The position numbers and the translations under genes are program-made. Positions 9,753 to 21,600 of a stretch of DNA of 64,000 nt are shown here, one piece after another. Position 1 is the stretch's first letter. Each line of letters starts with the position of its first letter. The stretch covers positions 1-64,000 of the IMG/VR virus record IMGVR_UViG_3300023110_000024; one strand, given 5' to 3'. The notes beneath the pieces were generated by a model, which had not been told where the DNA came from, ran no database searches, and worked only from the letters and a program-made list of their open reading frames with translations. This stretch comes from a virus.

Positions 9753-10565
9753 TTATCTAAAGTCAAGAGGAAATATTTCTTGCTTTAGAACCGTTGTGCT
9801 AAATGAACTAGCTTCAGTTTTATTTATCCATAATGACAGCGCATTATAAAAAAGATGATGATTTGTTTCTGACAGATGATTGGGGGAGAGATTTATCTCA
9901 TGAGTGACGAAGAGTGAATCAGTATATGGCATATTCATATAAGTCTCCAGACCAGGTCCTTGATTGACGCTCACATTATCAAATATATGTTCATTATTTG
10001 CTTTTAAAAACATGTCTGTATAACTAGAAGACTCATTTAGTGGCAGTTGTGGAACTTGTATAACAAGAACCTTTTTAAATAATTTTCCTTGAGCAATTAA
10101 TGTTTGTAAGTTTCGAATTTCATCTATTTCATCAACATTATAAGGAATTCGATGATGCCGAGCATATATCTTAGCCCATTTATACCAAGGTAAATATTTC
10201 TCTGCGTCTTTAATTTCAATTATAGATTCCTCTCTAGTTCTATAAAACATATGTGCAAAATTACTAGCTTCACTAGCCTCAAATGGCTTAAAATCAAATC
10301 TATGAGCATAAGATAATAAAAAAATTAAATTTATATCTTTTAGCTGTTCAAGTTTTCGTTTATGTTTTATAATTTTCTTAAAAAGTTCATTCAGCATCCT
10401 TATGGGTGATGATCCACTAAGACAGTAATTTCTTACTTGATACTGATGGTTAAGTTGGTAGGTATATGTATATGGTATGTGGGAAAAGCATGGATCTCCA
10501 AAGCTATCTCCAAAGATCCAAACTTTTTCCCTTGTATCATCCTTCGTGGGAATGATTGTGATCAT
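9753..10565 (-). CDS. SGNH/GDSL-like hydrolase-fold hypothetical protein
   Basis: WIFGDSF (block I), NYCLSGSS (block II), C-terminal PNHLS. Confidence 0.5.
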   Translation of the reverse strand: MITIIPTKDDTREKVWIFGDSFGDPCFSHIPYTYTYQLNHQYQVRNYCLSGSSPIRMLNELFKKIIKHKRKLEQLKDINLIFLLSYAHRFDFKPFEASEASNFAHMFYRTREESIIEIKDAEKYLPWYKWAKIYARHHRIPYNVDEIDEIRNLQTLIAQGKLFKKVLVIQVPQLPLNESSSYTDMFLKANNEHIFDNVSVNQGPGLETYMNMPYTDSLFVTHEINLSPNHLSETNHHLFYNALSLWINKTEASSFSTTVLKQEIFPLDFR

Positions 10566-10785
10566 GGTATTGATCGTGCTTCTTCACTGATTGGTGATGA
10601 TGAGGTGCTGGTGCCTCTGGTTTGTTATGCTCGTGGTAGTCACAAATAACATCTGTGCCACGGGTGTAGCAAATCTTATCGTGATCGTCGTGCTGCATGA
10701 AGTAAGGTCCTTCAACTGCAGGTTGAGGTGCTGTACAGCCTACTGCGATGAGTGCCACTGCGCTCAATGCCAAAAATAATTTCAT
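10537..10785 (-). CDS. small His-rich lipoprotein
   Basis: Signal peptide with lipobox IAVGC; C-terminus HHHQSVKKHDQYHDHNHSHEG. Confidence 0.7.
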   Translation of the reverse strand: MKLFLALSAVALIAVGCTAPQPAVEGPYFMQHDDHDKICYTRGTDVICDYHEHNKPEAPAPHHHQSVKKHDQYHDHNHSHEG

Positions 10786-10812
10786 TGTTTCTCCTAAATT
10801 ATATTTTATTTA

Positions 10813-11295
10813 TTACCAAACAGTGAACCACAGCATATTGTTGCCAATAGGTGATTCCATGTCAGTAAGTTCAACCACTCCCATTTTCATATCGGGGTGT
10901 GCCTCAAACAAAGCCAATTCATGATAAGATATCATTGGCTCATCCTTTAACTTTTCGTATAACTCCATTACTTCCATTGGACTGTCAGCAATGAACAGAG
11001 TAATATCAAGATCAGGATAGGTTGTAAATCTAACGCCATGCCGTTGTGCTATTTGTCTATCGTAGTAAATATTTTTCATTTCAGCTACGACATAATCAAA
11101 TGAGAATGCATAGACGTCATCTCGAGATGTATAAAAAACAGGATATTCTACACCACCTCGCATAATAGGCCTTTTGATGTCATGGAAGATTCTTCCATTA
11201 CCTACATAGCCATTGTCGTGAATTTCAGCTGATGCTGTGCTTGTCATTATAACAGACATTACCAGTGCTACTAAAAGCCCGCTAATGTATTTCAT
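10813..11295 (-). CDS. secreted hypothetical protein
   Basis: Sec signal peptide ending ASA-E; GAGG RBS. Confidence 0.7.
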   Translation of the reverse strand: MKYISGLLVALVMSVIMTSTASAEIHDNGYVGNGRIFHDIKRPIMRGGVEYPVFYTSRDDVYAFSFDYVVAEMKNIYYDRQIAQRHGVRFTTYPDLDITLFIADSPMEVMELYEKLKDEPMISYHELALFEAHPDMKMGVVELTDMESPIGNNMLWFTVW

Positions 11296-11306
11296 TCAGT
11301 ACTCCT

Positions 11307-11612
11307 CTACTTTATTTCCTCAACTATAGTTCTATCAACTGGAGTCTGAACATAACCTACTTCCTCACTCCAAAAATAATAGTAGCCTGTTGGTATTCCA
11401 TTCTCTTTTTGTCCTGATGTTATTTTGCCATCTTTAATGGTCCATGTCTTAACTACCTTTCCCTCATCTATATATGAGACACGATAGTCTTGCCCTATAA
11501 CATTATCAGCAGAACGAAAGAGTTTGTTTCTGGCTTCCTCGGTACAAGCAGATAAAAGTATCAATACAATCGTTATAATGATGACACGCATCAATTGAGC
11601 TAACCCTTTCAA
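11307..11612 (-). CDS. lipoprotein
   Basis: Hydrophobic stretch followed by lipobox LLSAC. Confidence 0.7.
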   Translation of the reverse strand: MKGLAQLMRVIIITIVLILLSACTEEARNKLFRSADNVIGQDYRVSYIDEGKVVKTWTIKDGKITSGQKENGIPTGYYYFWSEEVGYVQTPVDRTIVEEIK

Positions 11613-13057
11613 GCCCCTATTCCACTCAACCTAATAATATCATTCAATCCACCTGCAGAATCTTGTACAAACTCTCCACGTGATCTTGTGTGATATTCTT
11701 TGAACTTTTCGTTTATTGCTCTAATAAACTTATTAGCTCCTTCAACGTATTTTGGGCCATAGTCTTTTTCTACGGCTGTCAATACTGCTGTTTCGCCTTT
11801 AGGAAACTGTCCTGTTTCCTTATCATAGTAACCTAAAATAAATTCGGTTACGGGGATTTTCTTTTCTTCTCTATGATCCACTATCTCATCGTCGATAGGA
11901 TTGAACTTGCTACCTTTGTGATGATGACGCTTTTTTAGATCTCGTAATTTTTCTTGTTGGACTGCATTATCAACTCTATGTTGTGCCCAAGCCTCAAATT
12001 TTTCTACTGGGGATGAAGATTTTTTTGCTGCTCGATTTCTTTCTGTTGGTTCTTCTTTTACTAAATCGTCTGGACCAATTGACTCTAAAGGAGCCTCTGC
12101 TACTAGACGATAAAGGTAAGGGAATGCTTCTTTTAGCTCTTCATCAAATTGCTTTACAGTAAGTTGATCAATCCAATTTACAGAAATGTCCTCAGGAACT
12201 TCTGTAAGTTCCTCAGCTACGAATTGTGATGTAATGTGCTTGTAGCTATACTCACGTTGTATTGATTCTAGTGTTCGTTTGATTGACTGGATACGTTCTT
12301 TTACAAGTCCGTGATAGTTTTTCATTCCCTCTGTAACTGCTTTAGATTTGCCTACATAAGTTTTAAACTTACCTAAAATACCAAGCTCTTCAGATAGTCC
12401 CGTAATGTGTTTTCCAAAATCATCAAATGGATGCCCGCCTTCAGACATATGCCGTGCCATAGCTCGTGCACCGTTCAAATGCTTATATGGATATTTAAAT
12501 CTTTCTCCATCAGCATTTTCAATATAAATGTTTTTGATGTTCTGTGTTCTTGAATTCATCAAATCTTGATTTACCTTGCGGGTGTGCTCTAGGTGGATAC
12601 GTGATGTTCCAACATCTTGATAGCTATCTCGAGCAGTCCCGTATAGTTTTGATTCTGTCATTGCTTGATCCCCAAAGTGTTGTGATGACATAAATTTATA
12701 ATCGCGTTTGTCTAAGTTGCTCTTTGTAATGTTTCTCACATCAAAGTTCATTAGCCTTTTTCTAGCAAACTGTCGTAATTCTTTTAGAAAAGAATACCAT
12801 CCTTTTTTTGTAGTAGAGGTTTGGTCCTCTAGAAAAGTTTCAGCGTACATTACATTCAAACCCTCTTGGCTCAGTTCAACATTTATTGATCCTGTTCCTG
12901 GTTTGAATTCAAAGTCAAAGTAGCGTCCTTCCTTAGGATTGTTTGTAACATTTCCTGATTCGTCACCAATAGTAACCTCAGGAAATCTTCCGCGGATTTT
13001 ATTAAACAGCTCTTCGCCTATAAAGTCAATATTCTTATCCATAATTTTATTTATCAA
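11609..13057 (-). CDS. hypothetical protein, probably head-associated
   Basis: Follows terminase; TAAATA late-type motif at the 5' end (true start may be MDKN at 13042); C-terminal DIIRLSGI motif. Confidence 0.7.
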   Translation of the reverse strand: MINKIMDKNIDFIGEELFNKIRGRFPEVTIGDESGNVTNNPKEGRYFDFEFKPGTGSINVELSQEGLNVMYAETFLEDQTSTTKKGWYSFLKELRQFARKRLMNFDVRNITKSNLDKRDYKFMSSQHFGDQAMTESKLYGTARDSYQDVGTSRIHLEHTRKVNQDLMNSRTQNIKNIYIENADGERFKYPYKHLNGARAMARHMSEGGHPFDDFGKHITGLSEELGILGKFKTYVGKSKAVTEGMKNYHGLVKERIQSIKRTLESIQREYSYKHITSQFVAEELTEVPEDISVNWIDQLTVKQFDEELKEAFPYLYRLVAEAPLESIGPDDLVKEEPTERNRAAKKSSSPVEKFEAWAQHRVDNAVQQEKLRDLKKRHHHKGSKFNPIDDEIVDHREEKKIPVTEFILGYYDKETGQFPKGETAVLTAVEKDYGPKYVEGANKFIRAINEKFKEYHTRSRGEFVQDSAGGLNDIIRLSGIGA

Positions 13058-14634
13058 TAATGATTAGATATAAAGATTGGCATTGGTGGTTCGTATTCGT
13101 CATCTTGCGTCAAACTCTTGAAAGAGTTATATATTCTAGGATCCCAATCTCGTAACACGCCAATCATTCGTATAGCCAGCAGCATGGCAGAAACCAAGTC
13201 ATCTGTTTCCTCCATCTTAGCACTATAAGATGCACCGTTAGCTACAAAATTTTTCAGTTCTGATATCAATGCTGCTGAATTTATTTCTAGTTCGTAGTTC
13301 TCAATCATAGTTTTCATTTTACTACACGCATTGAGTTTAGAGCTATGTGTAGTGTTGAAGCCTTTCCTATACTTCCGCATATGTCCTTTGCGGATAGGCT
13401 CGCTCAAAAATAATCCAGGTATATGTTCTTCACCTAAGTCATTAATAACAATAAGTGCCGCCTCACCAATGGAATTATTTTCTACACTCCAATATAATGA
13501 ATTTACATTGTCTAATTTAGATGCAATATGAATACACAAATCTTTTAGCAATCGTATTTGTCCAGGAATAGCAGTAGTGTTATGTCGCCACTCTGCTACC
13601 TGCTTCCAAGTAGGAACTTCTACAACTTGTATAGCAGCATAGTCACCACCAGTTCCCATAGCCGGGTCCAGTGCTACAACATATGTAGCCGCTGGATCTA
13701 TTTTTCTATACCAGCGTATCTGTCCCATGTTCATTATAATTTTGTTGCCTACCATCTCAGCTAAACGTATAGAGTTGATTAGTGTTTCATCATATACTAA
13801 GAACTCGCAGCCATATTCACGTCTAAAACGCTCTTCACCAATACGTCCTAGTTCAGCCTCTTTCCATTTTTCATCTCTATCAGGATGCTCGTCCCAGCGG
13901 CAGGTAAAAGATTTAAATCCGTTTATACCTAAATCTTGTTCGTTGCCGTGCTCGTCAAACTTGTGTTCAGCTTGCTTCCAAATTGTAGCAAATGTATCTT
14001 CGTCTGAGTTTGGAGTAGATGTAATAATGGCACGCCCACCAGTTGCTAGTGTAGGAGAGATAGAAGTCCAAAATTCTTCAGCTATGTTTGGAGCAACGAA
14101 CGCAAACTCATCACAGTATAGCAGTGATATGGACATACCTCTACCAGTGTTACCTGTAGTGGTTGCACTTACAATCCTGCTACCGTTTTCGAATTCAATG
14201 CTACCTTTATTGTAACTGATTACACCTGCACGAATATGATCTGGACAACATTCATACACATAGCGAACTCTCTGCATAATCTCTTGAGCGCCTGTGTATT
14301 TGTGAGCAGCGATTAGAATTGTTTGATCTGGATGAAACATAGCGTACCACATCAAATATATTGCCGCGCAGGTTGTTTTGCCTGTCTGGCGTGGTAGCAT
14401 ATTCACATTGAAGCGATGATTGTGATATGTATCCATTAGTCTGACTTGATAGTCAAACGGATCAAATAACAATTTACCTTTGACAGGATGTTGTATGTAA
14501 GCGTAGTGTTTGGAAAAGTGCAAGTATCCTTCCTCAGGATCCATGCACTTCATTAATTCTTCTATTTGTTCATTGGTGTATTGTTCTTGCTGGTTAGCTT
14601 TTTTAGTTAATACCCCATCCAAAGATTTTGACAT
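13054..14634 (-). CDS. gp17: terminase large subunit gp17
   Basis: LPRQTGKTT Walker A, LLYCDEFAF Walker B, ITSTPN, ALDPAMG and DDLVSA nuclease acidic residues. Confidence 0.97.
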   Translation of the reverse strand: MSKSLDGVLTKKANQQEQYTNEQIEELMKCMDPEEGYLHFSKHYAYIQHPVKGKLLFDPFDYQVRLMDTYHNHRFNVNMLPRQTGKTTCAAIYLMWYAMFHPDQTILIAAHKYTGAQEIMQRVRYVYECCPDHIRAGVISYNKGSIEFENGSRIVSATTTGNTGRGMSISLLYCDEFAFVAPNIAEEFWTSISPTLATGGRAIITSTPNSDEDTFATIWKQAEHKFDEHGNEQDLGINGFKSFTCRWDEHPDRDEKWKEAELGRIGEERFRREYGCEFLVYDETLINSIRLAEMVGNKIIMNMGQIRWYRKIDPAATYVVALDPAMGTGGDYAAIQVVEVPTWKQVAEWRHNTTAIPGQIRLLKDLCIHIASKLDNVNSLYWSVENNSIGEAALIVINDLGEEHIPGLFLSEPIRKGHMRKYRKGFNTTHSSKLNACSKMKTMIENYELEINSAALISELKNFVANGASYSAKMEETDDLVSAMLLAIRMIGVLRDWDPRIYNSFKSLTQDDEYEPPMPIFISNHY

Positions 14635-14646
14635 TGTTCTATATTT

Positions 14647-15666
14647 TTAGAGCCCAGATAGTTTGCGGATGTCGTCCATCTCTTCATCATATTGACTACT
14701 ATTGATTTGATCCTCTGGTGCGTCCTCAATCTTCTTCTTTAGATGTGGAGGAAGATTGTGCTGCTTACCTTTGAGTTCTTTTTCTCGTGCTGCTTGCTCG
14801 CCTTCTGTTCTTCTTCCTGCAGATCCACCTGCACGTGTTCGACTAATGTTTGCTAAATGTCTGCGTTTTGCTTTCTTCTCTTCTCGTTCTACAGCCTCGT
14901 CATAGTCTGTGCCTAGATCCAATACTTTGTTGCCGTACATTCTTTTGAGTTTGCGGAATTTGGAGTTTGGAAGCGCCATGATGTCTGCGTTCTCATTAGG
15001 GACTTCAATGTCACCAGCAAAGCGATTATCGTCTTGGATGTCCATATAGTCATCGTCGTTAGGAACTATAAAGTATGTTCTGTCACTACGTCCTGAGAAG
15101 TTGTTACTACCTTCATCTCTGCCATCAATCTCTGTAAAGTATTTTTCATTCAATGCTTTCCAAAGTTCTTTCTTAAATTTACTTTCCATTGCCATTGGAT
15201 CCTTTACTCTAATGTCTGATTTTTTGTTGCTTGGTCCACCTGATACATTCTTTCTCAAAAAGTCTCCGTCTTGATATTTCTCATCTGGGGAGTTGTCCCA
15301 GTCACCATCGCCTTCTGCTTCTCCGCAGGGTTCGTCACCGTGGATTCCTCCACAAGTGTCACAAGTTGAAGGTCCGTCTAAATCTAATCCAAGAGGTTTA
15401 GATGGAGGCATCCCGTCCAAGTCTGGAGCAAGTGCTGGTCCAATTGGTGGCTTAATGTCTGGAATGTCCAGCCCAATTGGTGGCTTTGGTGCGTCACCTA
15501 ATCCAATTGGCGGGAGAGCGGGTTTATCTAAACCCATAGGTGGTTTATCTCCACCAGTAAAGATTCCCATCAAATCTTTTATCTCTTGACTGTTTGTTCC
15601 GTTTAGCGATATATTTACGCTAGCTTCATTCAGCCCAGCCAATTTTTTCATGTCTTGTAAATTCAT
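14647..15666 (-). CDS. acidic, Pro-rich hypothetical protein, putative internal head protein
   Basis: KPPxGLD repeats, CxxC-H-C, N-terminal DMKKLAGL and C-terminal DIRKLSGL. Confidence 0.65.
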   Translation of the reverse strand: MNLQDMKKLAGLNEASVNISLNGTNSQEIKDLMGIFTGGDKPPMGLDKPALPPIGLGDAPKPPIGLDIPDIKPPIGPALAPDLDGMPPSKPLGLDLDGPSTCDTCGGIHGDEPCGEAEGDGDWDNSPDEKYQDGDFLRKNVSGGPSNKKSDIRVKDPMAMESKFKKELWKALNEKYFTEIDGRDEGSNNFSGRSDRTYFIVPNDDDYMDIQDDNRFAGDIEVPNENADIMALPNSKFRKLKRMYGNKVLDLGTDYDEAVEREEKKAKRRHLANISRTRAGGSAGRRTEGEQAAREKELKGKQHNLPPHLKKKIEDAPEDQINSSQYDEEMDDIRKLSGL

Positions 15667-15667
15667 A

Positions 15668-18600
15668 TTACCTTCCTGTTATAAAGTATTTAGCGTTCCT
15701 GTATGTATTTAATCTCTCAGTAAGTTTTTTCATCTTACGATACAATATTATTTTGTGAGATTCTGTTGTTTCTTCTTTATAATGTCCTGAGCTAAGTCTT
15801 CTAAGAATAAATTCTTCGTGAGCATCAGCACGTTCATCTTTATATGCTAGAGGATTTATTGCCTTTACTCTTTCATATTGCTTCTCAGCTTCTGTTGCTA
15901 AAAATCTTGCCATCTCTACTTTTATACCAACAACACCGGATGCTCTTCCATTAAATATGTCATCAACATATCTTCTATCATTAGGATTTTTTATATTTTG
16001 GATAATTTGGTTATAGTTGTCTGTTAGAAAATATCCATCATAGTTATCGAGAACTTCTTGAAGGGCATACTTAGCATCTGTCATTTTATTTGGATCTACC
16101 ATACCAAAGCCCAAAGCCCCTTGACTCAAATCAACTGTAGGTGCGTTTCTAGCATCATACCTTCCAGCTGGAGCAGTTGTTTCATTACTTCCTATAATAA
16201 TAGGATGTCCTTCTGCAAATACTTGATTGTTAGGCTCGTTTCGTATATCCTTAAATGTTTTACTTAAGACTTGTAATCCACCATTTTTGTCAATATTTAT
16301 GAAATAATATGGTCCTTGCTTCCATCGTCTTGCTATACTTTCTACTCTTTTCCTAAACTCTCTCATATCACCGCTTGTTCTAGGTTGTTTAGGAACATCT
16401 CGAACAACACTTAATTTATGAATATTAAACGGAGTCAAAGGCATTTCTACAGGCTCATCTTTTCCTGTTTCAGCATTTGGTTTAGACACTGTTACAGCAA
16501 ATCCTCCTCCACCATATGTTTCTCCCATAAAGTTTTCTTTAGCCCATTTGTTGTTGAAAACTCTACCACCTGTAATATCGTTTTTCCATTGCTCAAGTCC
16601 GCCAAACCACCACTTTGGATTGAAGGCTGATACAGAATCATATTGTAACATTCTAGCTACATATGCTCGTTTATCGTCATCGCTAGTATCATCGTTTCTT
16701 AAATAGGCATCTATTTTTTCTAAATCTTTTTCTCTCAATGCCATTAGCTCTTCATTAGTGTCATCTATCCATCCAGCTGCTACCATGAGAACTACTATAT
16801 CATATACATCTAATAAATCAAGAGCCCATATAGCCAAACCAAATGCGGCACCAGGTACGGCACCAATAGCAGCACTGGTTGCAACTATTGCTATTCCTAA
16901 TTTTTTAGCTATTGAAGTTGCGACTGATTTAGGCATCTTAGCTAATCTCTCAGCTATCTCTCTACTAGATGGGAGACTTTTTGATACGTTAGCTTTATGT
17001 TGTTTCTCTAAACTTTCTGAGTTAGCTCCTGCTTCTATCTCTTTTCGTTGAGCCTCTATTTTTGCTGTGCCTTTGTTTATTGCTGTATCTAATTTCTTTT
17101 GTTCGTCTCTTCCGCCTTCAAGTTCATCAAGTTCTTTAGCATCCTTAACGCCTAATCTATCAGCCTGGGCTCTATCAGCATCTGTTAGGTTTTTCTTGCG
17201 TTCTTCAAAGTTGCCGCCTGACGTTCGTTCGTCGATAGCTTTTCTCTCTTCTTTAAACTCGCCCCATGTATTTTTATTTTCTTCAGATACTGGAATTAGT
17301 TTTCCAGGACCAGCTTTGTTTATTGCGTCCTGTGTTGTGCCTGCCATCGTGTTTGTTTCTGGGCCAGCCATACTACTTGATGTAGGCTTTTGTAGTTCTC
17401 CGTCTTTTGGGGTAATGTTTCTTTGATTTATAGTTCCTGGTTGTTCTGAGTTTGCTACGCCTAAATCGCTTAATGCTTGTTGCATTTGAGCATCAGCTTT
17501 TTGAGGTATAGTAGCAGTTTTTAGTGGAGTAGTGGGACTGTTAAGTTGTTGTGCTACAGTGCTAGTAGCCATTTTGCCAGTAGTATTATTTCTCCACTGT
17601 GCTCCTAGCCATTCATACTCAGCACCGTTTACCATCTTTTTGTCACCAACAGTGTATTTTGTTTGTGTTGAGGATGGCGGTGATTGACCATTCATAGCAG
17701 CAATTTTATCAGCTTGTGCTTGAATTTCTGCTGCTGGGGTAGATGGTTCTGGTTCTACTGTAAGCTGACTTTTAGGATCAAAGTTTGGTGATGGATCTGG
17801 CTCTGCTAGCTTTCTTTGTTGGATATTGTCAAACTCTGTATTGGCTTGTTTTGTTAGTTCAGCTGATTTATCTCCAGCTGGTGCTGTGCCAGTCTCTGGA
17901 AATGTTTTAGCATCGCGCATTTCTCGTTCAACAGATTGTTGTAGTTGTTCTGAGTTGGGAGAATTTTTTACAGAATTCCAATATGCTGTCGCTGCTTTAT
18001 TTGTATCAGCTTGGAGTTGAGCTATCTCTCTTTCATAGGCAGCAGTTCGTCTAGCCCTTGCTGCTTCTTCTCTACCTTCAGCTCCTAATTTTTGAGCATC
18101 TTCAATATATTTTTTTCTTGCGGCTTGTTCTGCTGCCATTGCTTTTTCATATGCTGTATATGCTCGCATACTTTCACCTTCGGCATTTTGCATCAGCCGA
18201 CGCATCTCTCTTTCATGTTTTTGCATAGCAAGAAGCTGTTCTTGCTTTCTAGCTATCGCAGCATTCTCTGCAGCTGATAGATTAGTTTCCAAACTACTAC
18301 CAAAAGTAGAACCATCAACCGGTCTATTGTTTGGTGTATGTGCTGCCAGTGTCTTGCTAATATTTGCCTGTCCCATAGCTTTTTCAAGTTTGTCTAAATC
18401 TATTGTGCTACCTTGCATAGCATTGGCAACAAACTTTGGAGCATTTTTATCTTTCCAAGTTACTTCTATAGACTGTGCAAACTCTTGAGGTTTTATTTGA
18501 CCATGTGTTAATCTTTCTAGTGCTTCTTGCCCAGCGTCTGAAGTTAATGATTTATTCAGTGTAGAATCTTTAGCTTGGAATATGTTTAATAATTCTTCAG

Positions 18601-21600
18601 TTTTTGTAACTTTTGGGTCCACCAGTTCAAATGGAATGTTATTTCGTGTAACCCCGTTTTGCTGTATCCATGATGCTAAATCATCTCCTGAAAGAACTGT
18701 AGCAGAATTTCGGTATCGCTCTAAATCTATTTCTCCACTCGTTAAAGGTTTAGATTCTTTTGAGATTGGTTCTAGTTTTGCGTTGGGTCTTGGTAGCCTA
18801 GTATCAACATTAATCTCAAAGTTTTTAAGCTCATCCATAAAACCTCCATTGGTATAAGTGGAGTTATTAGATATTAGTCCCGCAGTAACTTGTTTCAAGT
18901 TTGTCTTACTTGCTTCTGGCAATCCACCAACATTTATTTTACTGACATATAGTTTAGTTAAATCAGTAATGTCATCTAATAGTTTAGGATTAATATTTTT
19001 CATTGATGCCCGCATGTCATTTAGATACTTTTCTAAATTTCCATCTGGTGGATTATCAGCTCCGTCTAATATTCCTAGTAATAGTTTATGCTGAGCGTTA
19101 TGTTCTATTTTAGGAAGCTCAGGCATCTTGTTAGGATCAAGAGCTTGAAGCACCTTGACTGGAGTGTTGCTATTGATATCTATTTTGATAGGACGATGGG
19201 TTGCAGGTGTTATGCCTCCACCGCTTACTGATTGAGCTGGTGCAGGAATTTGATTTCCAAGTCTTAGTTGTTGAGCCGTAGGCATTTCTGCTTTTTTAGA
19301 TTTCGTAGATGCCGGCGTTATAATTGGCTCTTTAGGTAGAGCAGGCTTGACAGGTTTTTCACCTCGTAATGCACCTGGGTCATCGAGATTAACTGGGACT
19401 GGTCTTTTGCTTGGATCAGTTGTTTTTGTCCTTAAAGTATCGTCAACATCACCACTTCCTTGTCGAGCTACTCCTGATTTACCTGGACCTTCTTTATCAA
19501 ACTCTATTGGTGTATTTTTACTTGGAGTAACATCATCGTATTTTGATAATGGATTTTCATTTGGGTTTTTTAGAAACTGTTGGCTTTTAGCTATTGCTCT
19601 TTCTCTGCTAGCGTCATCTATACCTGTTTGCCATATAGGCTTTCTTTCTCCATATCCATCATTCGAACTAGTTTTAATGGTCTCTTTACCACCTGTCTTT
19701 TTTATTTGATCATTTCTTAGTGGCTGTTGCGGCCCATGTGGAGTGGGTCTAACGATTGGCTCTTTTATGCTTGATCCGCTTGGGGTAACATCATTGTATT
19801 TTGATAATGGATTATTTGGCTTTGGATTCTTAAGAAATTGTTGAGCTTTCCTAGCAGCATTCTGTCGTCGAAGTTCTTCAGGATCCAATTGCCCAGCAAG
19901 CTCGTCAGCGTGATTTGGACTGGCGCTAGAACCAACACCTGCTTTTAATCTATCTGGGGTTCTCCTGTATTTAGGACCAACATCGTTTGTCCTATATCTA
20001 TTAGCTAGTTCTGTATCAGGGTTAGATCCATCGTATGCTGCAGCATTTCTTCTTGCTAAATCATCAGCACTGCCTAATCTACTTTTGCTTATATCTGTCT
20101 TTTTAGATGCTTCCGGGCGTTGTCTAAATTGATCTTTTCTAGCATTGTCCCATTTATTGTAATTTGAATCGTAACCTGCGTATCTTTTACCGCCTAACCT
20201 TTGATGACTTCCTGCTACACTGCTTGGGCTAGTTAATTTTGATAATCTGTTTAATTTTCTAGTATTAATATCATCAGCTCTTCGTGCTATTTCTTCTGGG
20301 CTAGACGCTCTGTTTCTGCCCATACGAGTATTAGTTCTAAGATTTTGTTTTCGTCTAGTTTCAAAATCAGCAGCTCGTCTTCCTGCTTCATCTGGATTAG
20401 ATGCTCTAGTTCTTCCCCTATTAGCATCAACTCGAAGATTTTGTTTTCGTCTAGTTTCAAAATCAGCAGCTCGTCTTCCTGCTTCATCTGGATTAGATGC
20501 TCTAGTTCTTCCCCTATTAGCATCAACTCGAAGATTTTGTTTTCGTCTAGTTTCCCAATCAGCATTTCTTCTTCCTATTTCATCTGGGTTAGAAGTTCTG
20601 CTGAGATTGCGCCGTCTTTGATTTAATCTGTTTCGTCGTCGCCAGTCTTGCTCAGCCTTGGGATCATAGTCAAATGTATTTTGACGACTCATAGGCCTAC
20701 GGTTTGGATCTGGCTTTGGATCTGGCTTTGGATTTTTACCATCACTTCTGCCAGTGGCTACTCTTTTCTCACTCCATGGATCCTCACCATGGATCATTTT
20801 CTTTTTACGTTTTGAATCTAGTTCTTCAGGTGGTCGATTCTTTAGTGGTTTTTCAGGTGGATCTGCTCGTAATCTCTCAGGTGGTTTCTTTTCTGGTGTT
20901 GCTCCATTTACCCGTTTCCTACCAACAAGCCCAGCAGCGAGGATTGCCGGAAGAGCAGCAGCATTAACGGCATTAGATACTGCTTCCTCAGATGGTATAG
21001 TACAATCAATGTTAGCATTCAACTCGCTTACTGCTTTACGAGCTTCGTCAAAAGAAAGTTCTTTGTCAAAATAAGGATCACCTGCTTCTTTGCCTGGCTC
21101 AGATAGATATATTTTAAATTTTAATCCTGATCTTGCCATAAAAAACTGTGGACAGCCATCATCTTCTGCTTTAGCTGCCACAGGTTCAGTATTGGTTTTT
21201 GCGCTTACTGTTGTAGAATTTTGATTAACTGGACGTTGGACTACAGGAACTTCAGCAGGAGGTAGTTCTTCTTTAGGCTTTTTTTCTTGAGGTTCAAGTT
21301 CTGGTTCTGGCTGAGGTGCAGAGCGATTTAGTTCTATCTCATAATAGTCAGCTGCCTCAGGATGCAATACTCCTAAATCATTTAGTCGTTCAGCAGATGC
21401 TTTGTCACTATCATCTAAATCAATACCAGCGCCAGTTCCTTTTAGATTGGAATAAGCTACAGCAGGAGCTTTAGATCCAAAGAATTTAGTAATTGCATTT
21501 TGTCCCGCATAAAAGAATGCTTTTACTCCTAGCTTGCGAGCAATTCTCCCATAATAGTTATCAGAGAATGATGCTGCGCCAGCTGGACTTTTCCCCCAAC

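Noticed and set aside
13054-14634. Intein or intron in terminase, UvsX or capsid genes
   Set aside because: Lengths are normal, motifs are contiguous and no splicing motifs were seen
20287-20626. Repeat resembling a CRISPR array, plus alternative-frame ORFs 20287..20565 and 20345..20626
   Set aside because: Units are contiguous 96-bp in-frame coding repeats with no unique spacers; the extra ORFs are shadows of the repeat
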